A DNA stretch of 45,810 nt from a virus (taxonomy: Duplodnaviria; Caudoviricetes). The position numbers and the translations under genes are program-made. The stretch covers positions 1 through 45,810 of IMG/VR virus record IMGVR_UViG_3300033232_000051, one strand, 5' to 3'. The stretch's first letter is position 1, and every line of letters starts with the position of its first letter. The notes beneath the pieces were generated by a model. It searched no databases. It saw nothing but the letters and a program-made list of their open reading frames with translations, and was not told the origin of the DNA. Shown piece after piece: positions 1 through 8,069 of this stretch.

Positions 1-261
1 CTGGGATTAATATCCCTGTTGTTGTGGTTACATTACTTGCACCATAAAACACGTCTGTGTCGCTCACATTATAGATTATAATTGTTCTACGACCAACTTG
101 TTCAATTGTCGGAATTAAATAAGCAATATTCAATGTTGTTAAGGTTACTGCTGTTGTAACCATTGTTGTCAAAGCATTTGTATTGGTTATAAGTGTATCT
201 TGTTTTGCTGCTGTAGCTTTCCCAGTAGTATCACAAACAGTTATCTTTCCGTCAATACTTG
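1..261. repeat. Direct repeat, copy 1 (exact 1-127 = 30501-30627; diverged similarity continues to 261/30761)
   Basis: Direct comparison of both copies; first mismatch at 128/30628, scattered mismatches until similarity ends at about 261. Confidence 0.97.
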
Positions 262-1000
262 AAAGTGTGGTTTCAGATGCCATATTAGATGTTCCATTTG
301 TTTCTTCTATACTAACTTTTAAATTCCCACCTGCAGTAGAGTCAATCGGTGTGAAATATCCGTCTGGTTTTTGTGCAGTCAAGACGGCTTTAACTAACTC
401 GGCGTCATCTTGTGGAGAAATTAAATCATTAATTCGGTGACTGCTGGGCTTAACATAATACGGTTTCAATATGGTCTGCAATCTGAAATATGTCTGTGCT
501 GTTCCGCCATTAGTATACACAATTCGATAATATCGCGCAGCTGGTTGAAACGAATAAACCTTTGCATCTCCTGCATTGATGGTATACACATCGCCGTCGT
601 CCCAGGTAATTCCATCTACTGAAAATTCAATTTTAAATCCGTCAGTAGCTGACGTATGGCTCGCGGTTACCATAACTTGAATAACACCGAAATTCTTGAT
701 GTCTTCTGCCTCTCCTGTGAATACACCACCAACCAATAACGGTGTATTGGTGCTATTAACTAACGATACATGTCCAGGACTGAATGTAACTAATCCTTTA
801 TGACCGTCACAAGAAATAATATCTGCTAGGTTACCTGCTGTATCTGTAATCTGTGTCTTTTGACTACCATTTGTTTGGTTTTCTTGTGTAGCTGGATTTA
901 AGACTGTGCCAGAATCGTTCACAACAGTCACTCTCTTAGAACCCGATGTGTCTATATGTTCAGATTTCGTGCATTCTTGACTATTCTTTGAAGTTACCAC
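1..1000 (-). CDS. Virion accessory/spike-like beta-rich protein; runs off the window edge and is completed by 30500-30409 if segment A is circular (363 aa)
   Basis: Manual translation: GTG at 1000 after an AAGGTG SD-like motif, open to base 1 (MVTSKNSQEC...TTTGILIP). Continues in frame with AGGKDAIDC...LEMK*. Absent from the ORF track. Confidence 0.8.
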   Translation of the reverse strand, partial: MVTSKNSQECTKSEHIDTSGSKRVTVVNDSGTVLNPATQENQTNGSQKTQITDTAGNLADIISCDGHKGLVTFSPGHVSLVNSTNTPLLVGGVFTGEAEDIKNFGVIQVMVTASHTSATDGFKIEFSVDGITWDDGDVYTINAGDAKVYSFQPAARYYRIVYTNGGTAQTYFRLQTILKPYYVKPSSHRINDLISPQDDAELVKAVLTAQKPDGYFTPIDSTAGGNLKVSIEETNGTSNMASETTLSSIDGKITVCDTTGKATAAKQDTLITNTNALTTMVTTAVTLTTLNIAYLIPTIEQVGRRTIIIYNVSDTDVFYGASNVTTTTGILIP

Positions 1001-1002
1001 AA

Positions 1003-3183
1003 CTACACCTTCTTAGCAATGAATGTGTGTCTACTTTGATAATGAGACACTGGCGCAAGTGGATTGACCGTCCAGTCTGGAAAATATTTCTTGGACACCC
1101 TGGTCAATATACTCACATAATCATCCCAGGACACGCCAGACTTGGTTAATTGTTTGATTTCCTTGGATGCCTGGGTGGTTCGGTTATCATCTACACCGAT
1201 ATGATAATATTTGTAAGTCTCGCCAGTCTTGTCATATTGAACCTTACGTGATGCCACACTTATCTTGGTGGTCTCAGTCCTTGCAATGTTGCGCAACCTG
1301 GACTCAATCGCTGTGGTGTTCTCTTTCATGGCTTCAACTATGTTATTTATGCTGAAACCCTCTTTATTATCATACGCCAGGACAACTGCATTTTTTAACT
1401 TTTGGCTTAGTTCCTCGCTCATATTAGCAAACGCTTCCTGGTATACTGGTTCTCTCTTAAGGGCCTCAACCACGTTCTTATCAACATCAGTATATGTAAA
1501 TTCTCTACCGATATCCTTGCCCAGGTCTTGCATGGCTTTTCTATATATCGCCTTAAGTTTACTACTACTCTTGGACTTGATAACGCTATCAAAATCTTTA
1601 ACCGTCTCTCTAATCTTAGCATCCAACTCAGCAGTAGTTGGTCGTGTTTTAGAATCAAACTTGCTCAACAGTTTCTCAAGCTCATGTAACAACGCATTCT
1701 CTAGTTGTTTCTCTTGCTTTGCTTGAATAGGGTCGTTTTTTTTTATACTCTTACCCAGGCTCTTACCCATGTCAAAGAATGAATCTTGCGCAACGTTCTG
1801 GATTGTAACCTTACCAGCACCGAATGAAAACTCACCAGTCTCGTTCATGGCAACCTCAATCCCCAGCTCAGCCGTAGCCTTAGCAATCTGGATATCTTTC
1901 AACCGCAAATCCTTCTCGTACACTTTATCCTGGTCTCTGCTTGGATTTAATATGATTTCATAGTCTGAAACACCTAACTGCGCACACACCCAGGGTAATA
2001 TCTTCTCGTTATATATACTCTGCCCCATCTCAACCCCACGGTCGGTGACTTTAATCTGTAATCCCTCGTTGTTCAGACCACCACCCTGACTCGTATCATT
2101 CTGGAATATTGGCGACACATTAAATACTGACCCAATCTGGGTGCGTATTTCGTTCCGCACCTCAGAATATTGCATCTCTTGTAAATTGCGCATGAAATCT
2201 ACCCATTTAATAGGGTCTTTACCATCACCAGATTGATGAATAAGCGGATTAATAGCATGTGGATTCTTGCGCACTTTTTCAATGAATGCGTCCCAGAATG
2301 TCCAGAAACCCTGAGCATTACTTGTATTAACTGTCAATATACCTTTAGGTACTTTGTTTCCAGAATAATATTGTTTGATGTAATAATCCATGTTAATGAG
2401 AGTTATTGTTTTGTTATACAAAGAATACAGTGGACTGAAACCGTAGGTTTTTGTTGGATGATACTTGGATACGTGTAATATCTCACTTGTGTCATAATAT
2501 GAAAAACTACTCGTCTTACCACCCACTCGCACCTTGTAACATGCTCGCATGTTTTTTATTCCGTTTGTATTGTGAGTGTCCTGTGTAATCTCAGACCTAT
2601 TTTCTGGGTCAAAGAATACAGGTTGACCGTCTGAGTTATGCGCCAGACGGTTAGTGGAATCAAAAACCATCTCAATACTTAGCGGGTCTACCCTTAGGAA
2701 CTCCTGAACCTCCGCACCGATAATTTCGTTATATCCATTAACCAGGAAGTTCTTCCGTGCGAATAGATAAGCGTCATCCACAATATTCAAATCGTTCTCA
2801 ATTTCCATGAGCACCTCTTTAAGTGTCTGGCTGTTAGAGTTAGCCTTGCGCAATAAATCCTCAACCTTTTTAATCTGCGCGTCGTTCTCAAACGTGGTCG
2901 TGTTTTTGCAATTAAAGCCGTTCCTGAAGATTTCACTTTTAAGTGTGTTCAATACGTTTTGTAATATGTCAGAATACACACTAAGTTGATACAACTCAAC
3001 CACACCAACCCTAGTGTCAAAGATACCCCATGATTGTGTCTTGTCCAGGCTGAAGAAACTATTCTCATCCTGTGGTCGCAAATAATTCTGAATGACTTTA
3101 AGATCTTCAGCACCTTTTGTCAAACTTTTAAAATCTGATGACTTGACTATCTTAAAATTTTTAACCAAATTAAATAATCCCAT
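1003..3183 (-). CDS. Portal protein (A) fused to a C-terminal Mu gpF/SPP1 gp7-like minor head domain
   Basis: Portal motifs (EILHV..YGFSPL; YYSGNKVPKGIL; EMQYSEVR..IGSVFNVSP); C-terminal RNIARTET, DDNRTT, HYQSRH; lies downstream of TerL. Confidence 0.88.
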   Translation of the reverse strand: MGLFNLVKNFKIVKSSDFKSLTKGAEDLKVIQNYLRPQDENSFFSLDKTQSWGIFDTRVGVVELYQLSVYSDILQNVLNTLKSEIFRNGFNCKNTTTFENDAQIKKVEDLLRKANSNSQTLKEVLMEIENDLNIVDDAYLFARKNFLVNGYNEIIGAEVQEFLRVDPLSIEMVFDSTNRLAHNSDGQPVFFDPENRSEITQDTHNTNGIKNMRACYKVRVGGKTSSFSYYDTSEILHVSKYHPTKTYGFSPLYSLYNKTITLINMDYYIKQYYSGNKVPKGILTVNTSNAQGFWTFWDAFIEKVRKNPHAINPLIHQSGDGKDPIKWVDFMRNLQEMQYSEVRNEIRTQIGSVFNVSPIFQNDTSQGGGLNNEGLQIKVTDRGVEMGQSIYNEKILPWVCAQLGVSDYEIILNPSRDQDKVYEKDLRLKDIQIAKATAELGIEVAMNETGEFSFGAGKVTIQNVAQDSFFDMGKSLGKSIKKNDPIQAKQEKQLENALLHELEKLLSKFDSKTRPTTAELDAKIRETVKDFDSVIKSKSSSKLKAIYRKAMQDLGKDIGREFTYTDVDKNVVEALKREPVYQEAFANMSEELSQKLKNAVVLAYDNKEGFSINNIVEAMKENTTAIESRLRNIARTETTKISVASRKVQYDKTGETYKYYHIGVDDNRTTQASKEIKQLTKSGVSWDDYVSILTRVSKKYFPDWTVNPLAPVSHYQSRHTFIAKKV

Positions 3184-3206
3184 TATAAGATAAACCTCAT
3201 CTTGTT

Positions 3207-3221
3207 CTTATATATGTAACT
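3207..3221 (-). promoter_or_regulatory. Putative late promoter AGTTACATATATAAG (portal)
   Basis: Identical 15-mer at 24383-24397 and 27677-27691, each 23-24 nt upstream of a structural gene ATG. Confidence 0.75.
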
Positions 3222-3669
3222 ATTTTTTTAATTCCACAGCGCTCTTTAAACCCTTGAACTGTTCCACCCAGGCTATTATGTCTAATCGTTGCGCATCCAT
3301 GTCAAGTAACAAACCCTCGGAGGCCTTTAATACTTTCTCTCGGCTCATCACATTCATGAACTTAAGTGTGTCCTCAGACTCCATCTGCTCCTTGAATTTG
3401 ATATATTCAGGTGTTGATACAACATCTGCAATCTCAGACTTGATATCAGTAATCTCTTTCTCTTTTTTGGTGCGTTCGATGTCAAAATTGTCTAGCTCAG
3501 CCTGGAACAAGTTATTTATAACATCGTCAATCTCTGCAACCGATATGTTATGTTCCTCAACAATCTGGACAACATGCTTCCCCTTACCGTTAGTGAACTC
3601 GTCACGCTTAACAGCAATGTAATCGTCTTCTTCAACCCTGAAGTCTCTTGTGGTTTTTCTTTTTACCAT
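3220..3669 (-). CDS. Hypothetical coiled-coil protein (likely start MVKRK at 3669)
   Basis: ORF track 3220..3714; charged helical sequence; GAGG upstream of 3669. Confidence 0.65.
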   Translation of the reverse strand: MVKRKTTRDFRVEEDDYIAVKRDEFTNGKGKHVVQIVEEHNISVAEIDDVINNLFQAELDNFDIERTKKEKEITDIKSEIADVVSTPEYIKFKEQMESEDTLKFMNVMSREKVLKASEGLLLDMDAQRLDIIAWVEQFKGLKSAVELKK

Positions 3670-3898
3670 TTTTAGTCGCCTCGTTAATCTTTTTATATAA
3701 CTTAATCGTATCAAACCAATAATCTATCTCGTGTGGTTTTAACCTGGTCTGTTTGGTGTATTTTTTACCATGTAACATGACCAGATATTTATATGTTCTC
3801 TCGGTGGATGATGTTTTCAATTCAACTATAGCTCGTTTACCGTCACTTATTAATAAAGTACCGGCTATTTTTAAAATCGTTCCTGTCACTTTATGCAT
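3632..3898 (-). CDS. Hypothetical basic protein
   Basis: ORF in operon orientation with an upstream AT-rich TATA-like element (3902-3930). Confidence 0.5.
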   Translation of the reverse strand: MHKVTGTILKIAGTLLISDGKRAIVELKTSSTERTYKYLVMLHGKKYTKQTRLKPHEIDYWFDTIKLYKKINEATKNGKKKNHKRLQG

Positions 3899-3938
3899 AA
3901 CATATTATATGTTTCTAACCTTTTATATTTTATCAAGA

Positions 3939-5288
3939 CTAAAAATTGACATCCAGGCTTTGTCCCACGTGAAACTCTTCCTTGACACCAACCTCGAACA
4001 CCATGCGCATCATCAATGCATCTGAAAAGTCTGTACTTCTACCCAGGTTTTGTTTCATTATATCCTTGCCAATAATAGACAACTTGCCATCCTTGTCCGC
4101 ATCCTTTCTGGTTATCTGTTCCAGGTCTTGAATCAACTTCTCCTTGATTTCAATGTTATCCACACCAAAATATACTTTGTTCTCCTCAACCATCTGCGCC
4201 AGTTTGAAGTAACATTGAGATTTCAAATTATAATAGTTGTCTCCTGCAAGTGCTCGTGAACCATTCACAAACCCAGTACACCCAGGTAACTCGTCACAAA
4301 GCCCTCCACCGACTCCATCCTCATCAATCACGATATGACTACGTGGCACCGAATATGTCTCGGCTATCTCGTTTATGGTTTCTCGTATCTGTTTTATCAA
4401 ACTTATATCGTATATATACGCCCTGTCAACCCTCAGACCGGACCAGAGATATATCACACATTTGTCTGAACCCTTACGGGCTACATCACAGGTTATGTAC
4501 CGTTCACCATATTCAACAAAGGTGTTCGTGAACATGTTCAATATATCGTCATACTTGAACAATTTGTTCAAGTCATCGTCATATTCCCAGTTACCATATA
4601 GAAGTCGTTCTTTTGACAACTTATCTAACTTTTCAAGACTGTTTATATAGTGTTTAGACACGTTCGGGTTGTCACCGACCAAACTCTGAATAAACACACG
4701 ACCCGGTAGCAATGAACCCTCTTTATATGGTTTGTAAAATTCATTATACATCCAATTTTTAGACGGGTTTGAACAAATAAGTAACTTCGGGACCAGGCCG
4801 TTCTCGTCCAGTTTATATCTAATCCTGGACATGACAATATGTTTCGCTTTCTCAGAAATCTGTGACGCCTCGTCAATGAATGCGCCAGTATACTCTGTAC
4901 TACCCAGACTGTCAAAGTTAGGGTCGCTTGGGTAATGGAACAAATCTTTAAGCATAATCTCGCTACCATTCGCAAACGTTATGGTGGAACTGAGTGGATT
5001 AATATTAACTGTTCCCTGCCAACCCAGGCTATACACCAACTCAGTGAACGTTTTTAATGTTGACTCTTTAAGGTTCTTAAGTATGGCTCGACCCATGAGC
5101 CACCTAGTCCGGGGATATGTCTGGCACATATACAACAGCCACAGACAACCCAGAAAACTCTTACCTCCAGAAACACCGCCACCGAACACAATCTCGTTGG
5201 TTTCTGTGTCCATCAACACGCTCCAGGCTTTATTTTGTTTCTCTGTTAGTGTTATCTGCATCTGCTCCATCATCCGCCACCATATCAA
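3939..5288 (-). CDS. terL: Terminase large subunit (A)
   Basis: Walker A GGGVSGGKS, Walker B FIDEA, CSNP motif III, RNase H-like CDVA, DEDGVG and DFSDALM. Confidence 0.93.
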   Translation of the reverse strand: MIWWRMMEQMQITLTEKQNKAWSVLMDTETNEIVFGGGVSGGKSFLGCLWLLYMCQTYPRTRWLMGRAILKNLKESTLKTFTELVYSLGWQGTVNINPLSSTITFANGSEIMLKDLFHYPSDPNFDSLGSTEYTGAFIDEASQISEKAKHIVMSRIRYKLDENGLVPKLLICSNPSKNWMYNEFYKPYKEGSLLPGRVFIQSLVGDNPNVSKHYINSLEKLDKLSKERLLYGNWEYDDDLNKLFKYDDILNMFTNTFVEYGERYITCDVARKGSDKCVIYLWSGLRVDRAYIYDISLIKQIRETINEIAETYSVPRSHIVIDEDGVGGGLCDELPGCTGFVNGSRALAGDNYYNLKSQCYFKLAQMVEENKVYFGVDNIEIKEKLIQDLEQITRKDADKDGKLSIIGKDIMKQNLGRSTDFSDALMMRMVFEVGVKEEFHVGQSLDVNF

Positions 5289-5835
5289 CTATTTTAGTTG
5301 GTGTGTCCCTTATCAATATTAATTGTTTCTCCACACCAATTAAAACCTTTTCTGTTGCTTTCTCTTTTATATGAAAATTTTCCAAGAACGCAGTAAACCT
5401 GTCAAGCACCCTCAACATCAAGTCCACAGACTCCCTGCGCTCTTTAATCGATGAAGACTTCGCTAACATATACTGTGCTTCTCTGAACAATCTATCAAAC
5501 ACCACCTGAATTTTAATTCTGGTGGCATTTATGTCCTCAGGTGGCATGTCTTCATATATATCGGTTAGGTAGTTAGATATTGTCTGCCTGCGCACGTTAT
5601 ACTTCTCACCTAACGCTGTCTGAGTCAACCCAATTATTTGGCCAGACTCAACCAGCTTGGTTAATTCACCCATAATATAAAACTTATCAACCAGGGCTTT
5701 CCTACCCGGTGTTATATGTTTTTCAACGGGTTTACGTGGTTTTTTCTTTTTAATTTTTGCAGGCATATTAATCATTCCCAAACAATATATTATTATGTAT
5801 AATGTTTTATATATTTGTCTTGATTCCAGACACAC
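5230..5835 (-). CDS. Putative terminase small subunit (A), HTH-containing; true start probably near 5770
   Basis: Directly upstream of TerL; HTH-like TQTALGEKYNVRRQTISNYL followed by helical segments. Confidence 0.65.
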   Translation of the reverse strand: MCLESRQIYKTLYIIIYCLGMINMPAKIKKKKPRKPVEKHITPGRKALVDKFYIMGELTKLVESGQIIGLTQTALGEKYNVRRQTISNYLTDIYEDMPPEDINATRIKIQVVFDRLFREAQYMLAKSSSIKERRESVDLMLRVLDRFTAFLENFHIKEKATEKVLIGVEKQLILIRDTPTKIVDMVADDGADADNTNRETK

Positions 5836-5957
5836 AAAACAACATTATCATTTTTATACATTTTTAAACGTTTTAAGACACTTTTATTTTTGTTATACCT
5901 TTATAGGTTTTTATAATAATATTGTTTGTATTGGTTTAAAATCAACCAATACATCGT

Positions 5958-6140
5958 TTATACATTTGGTCTTGTTTTCAAATATTCTTCTATCAAATCT
6001 TGTTTATACAGACAAAACCTAACGAACCCGCTAAAATCCCCATAACATTTTAATTTGTCGTCAATGATGTCTCTTTCTTTTCCGTATAGGCTCACTTGTT
6101 TTAGTTGAACCCTTTCGAACTTTCTTCGTAATCTAACCAT
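5958..6140 (-). CDS. Small ribbon-helix-helix-like DNA-binding protein (60 aa, MVRLRRK...)
   Basis: GGAGGTGA SD upstream of ATG 6140; beta strand QVSLY followed by helices FSGFVRFCL. Confidence 0.55.
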   Translation of the reverse strand: MVRLRRKFERVQLKQVSLYGKERDIIDDKLKCYGDFSGFVRFCLYKQDLIEEYLKTRPNV

Positions 6141-6181
6141 ATTTTTCACCTCCTTCAACAAAACCGATAACAGTAGCGACT

Positions 6182-6286
6182 TTATAAGATTATAGCAATT
6201 ATAGAGTGGTTTCCCACTTACTCTATATATAATACCTCTCATGTGAATAAGTGGGAAACCACTCTATATTTCACATAATCTTATAA
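6182..6286. repeat. Long inverted repeat, copy 1 (21-bp perfect core arms 6200-6220/6248-6268 plus 12-bp outer arms)
   Basis: TATAGAGTGGTTTCCCACTTA ... TAAGTGGGAAACCACTCTATA. Confidence 0.92.
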
Positions 6287-6447
6287 TTTTATTAGGCACC
6301 AAGTATATTATTATATAAATGTTACCCCACATATTAATCGAACCTCTATTTTTCGCAAACTTAAAAAACTCTCACCAATTAATAGTAACAATTTTTATCA
6401 TTTTTTTTTAAAATCCCACAGACCAAAAGAATAACCATAAAAATCGT

Positions 6448-6610
6448 TTTTATGGTTCTCAAAATATCTCCCAACCATATAACGCCGTTATATAACTTTT
6501 ATGGTTCTCAAAATATCTCCCAACCATATAACGCCGTTATATAACTTTTATGGTTCTCAAAATATCTCCCAACCATATAACGCCGTTATATAGCTTTTAT
6601 GGTTCTCAAA
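6448..6610. repeat. 49-bp tandem repeat, about 3.3 copies, internally palindromic (iteron-like)
   Basis: TATGGTTCTC at 6451, 6500, 6549 and 6598; each unit contains ATATAACG-C-CGTTATAT. Confidence 0.95.
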
Positions 6611-6817
6611 CTTGTACCATTTATGCGCCCAGGAGTAATTATACCGTACCTTAATTTTTCGTAGCAACCTAGGTACAAATATAACAAATGGTAATATGGG
6701 TGTCAAGGACACCACACCAAGAACAATATCAGTAAGACTGGCTGTAGATGTTACTGTCAAACCTCGTTGTATATCACCTAATATCATTACAAAAAACACC
6801 CACAACATATAATACAT
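6557..6817 (-). CDS. Possible small membrane protein; C-terminus runs into the tandem repeat
   Basis: Two hydrophobic stretches; TATA-like element at 6820-6843. Confidence 0.4.
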   Translation of the reverse strand: MYYMLWVFFVMILGDIQRGLTVTSTASLTDIVLGVVSLTPILPFVIFVPRLLRKIKVRYNYSWAHKWYKFENHKSYITALYGWEIF

Positions 6818-6846
6818 TATATAATTATATAAACTTTGTGGTATAT

Positions 6847-7296
6847 TTACACCTTAATGACCCAGAACCCGTCTTGTATATCACACATAAACTGTTTGAA
6901 CAGTCCCATGAAATCATATAGTGTCATGCTTTTTTTAACAAAACCACGCCTAGCACCAATCCAGGAATCTATATCTATCAAGAACGCATGACTCTTTGAC
7001 TTAGACCCAAACCACCAAACCACGAACAAATATGACTTGTTGCGTGGGTAACGCCCAGACCACTGTAACAATTTAGTCTCCTGTGTTACCCTGTCCAGGA
7101 CAAACACTGGCACCTTTGTCTTCATCGTAATCTGTTTGCACTCAATCAACACATCAAACAACTCAGTCTGCGCCAGATAATCCGCGCTGGTGCTCGTGTG
7201 AGCAAACTGGTTGACTTGTATCTTGGTTATGTGAGATGTCGGCTTAGAACGCTTAAAAGACGCCAGAAAATACTTCTCAGTTACCTGAACAGTCAT
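6847..7296 (-). CDS. PD-(D/E)XK nuclease, probable Holliday junction resolvase (likely start MTVQ at 7296)
   Basis: TEKYF...SADYLA...LIECKQ catalytic pattern; located in the replication module. Confidence 0.65.
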   Translation of the reverse strand: MTVQVTEKYFLASFKRSKPTSHITKIQVNQFAHTSTSADYLAQTELFDVLIECKQITMKTKVPVFVLDRVTQETKLLQWSGRYPRNKSYLFVVWWFGSKSKSHAFLIDIDSWIGARRGFVKKSMTLYDFMGLFKQFMCDIQDGFWVIKV

Positions 7297-7333
7297 ATCA
7301 CCGCACCAATTCACATCCCCATCCGTTTCACCG

Positions 7334-7483
7334 TCAACCTGTATGCCACCGATCCAGGATGGTCTCCTCTTTTTCAATGGCGACTATCCTGCATCTGTGG
7401 CAGGTATTGATACCGTATGCAAACTGCTCAAAGACATCGAAGAATGCACCACAATCGGTGCATTTCTTCTGTATAGTTTTCAT
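7334..7483 (-). CDS. 49-aa zinc-ribbon protein (MKTIQKKCTDCGA...TCHRCR)
   Basis: Manual translation; two CxxC pairs; GGAG upstream. Confidence 0.6.
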   Translation of the reverse strand: MKTIQKKCTDCGAFFDVFEQFAYGINTCHRCRIVAIEKEETILDRWHTG

Positions 7484-7486
7484 CTC

Positions 7487-7858
7487 CTAACACCCGAACA
7501 CTGTTAATGAGGCGCATCCTAGGATTGCGCCTTTTTCATCCCTGACTAGTTGGTCAGGGATTAAGAAATCGTTTCGGTCGGGGAACGCCTGCCCCACAGC
7601 CAAAGACACGATATACATCGTGCCTTCAACACTTTCGGGAATTTCAGCACTCCCGAAATGTTTGCTGTAAACAGGTATACCGTTTACAGTAAATATTTTT
7701 TTTCTGTCCTCAGACAGTCTTATACTACCCTCGGAAGGGTAGTTCACAACGACTTTATTTGTCGTTGTGTCTATAATCCCTACATTGTGGGGAGTTAAAT
7801 TTATTATTTTTACATTAAACGAATGCAATTGTCCATTCTTATTTATTGTATCTTTCAT
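7487..7858 (-). CDS. Conserved viral protein of the NLTPH...LVRD..G..LGC type; homologue of 42126..42470
   Basis: Strong protein and DNA similarity to 42126..42470; GGTGA SD. Confidence 0.85.
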   Translation of the reverse strand: MKDTINKNGQLHSFNVKIINLTPHNVGIIDTTTNKVVVNYPSEGSIRLSEDRKKIFTVNGIPVYSKHFGSAEIPESVEGTMYIVSLAVGQAFPDRNDFLIPDQLVRDEKGAILGCASLTVFGC

Positions 7859-7869
7859 ATTTTATCACC

Positions 7870-7992
7870 TTAACATTTATTATTTGACATTTCATCAATG
7901 TCAAAGAATATTTCATTATTTTTTCTACAGGCGTAAAAGCCTGTAGTGATTAGCCAAAAATGTTTACATTTTTGACATTTTTCATTTTCCAT
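7870..7992 (-). CDS. 40-aa Cys-containing peptide (MENEKCQKCKHFW...NNKC)
   Basis: Manual translation; GGTGA SD; first ORF after the promoter at 8032-8069. Confidence 0.5.
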   Translation of the reverse strand: MENEKCQKCKHFWLITTGFYACRKNNEIFFDIDEMSNNKC

Positions 7993-8031
7993 TTTTTTTT
8001 CACCTTTTTTTTTGGGTGTTCTCACACCCTC

Positions 8032-8069
8032 AAATATATATTGTATTATATATTTATAAAGGTTTCGGT
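8032..8069 (-). promoter_or_regulatory. Archaeal-type BRE-TATA promoter (CCGAAACCTTTATAAAT) plus conserved 20-bp downstream element
   Basis: BRE/TATA consensus; the 20-mer is shared with 13944-13963 (identical) and 11205-11224 (one mismatch). Confidence 0.7.

Noticed and set aside
1-261. Diversity-generating retroelement TR/VR pair or attL/attR
   Set aside because: No reverse transcriptase or integrase is present, the mismatches are not adenine-specific, and the exact part equals a typical assembly k-mer.
6141-6242. N-terminal extension of ORF 5958..6242
   Set aside because: It overlaps the palindrome; the strong SD supports the start at 6140.
6448-6610. CRISPR or mini-CRISPR array
   Set aside because: The units are contiguous and near-identical with no unique spacers, and there is no cas operon; the Cas4-like domain is a replication-module fusion.
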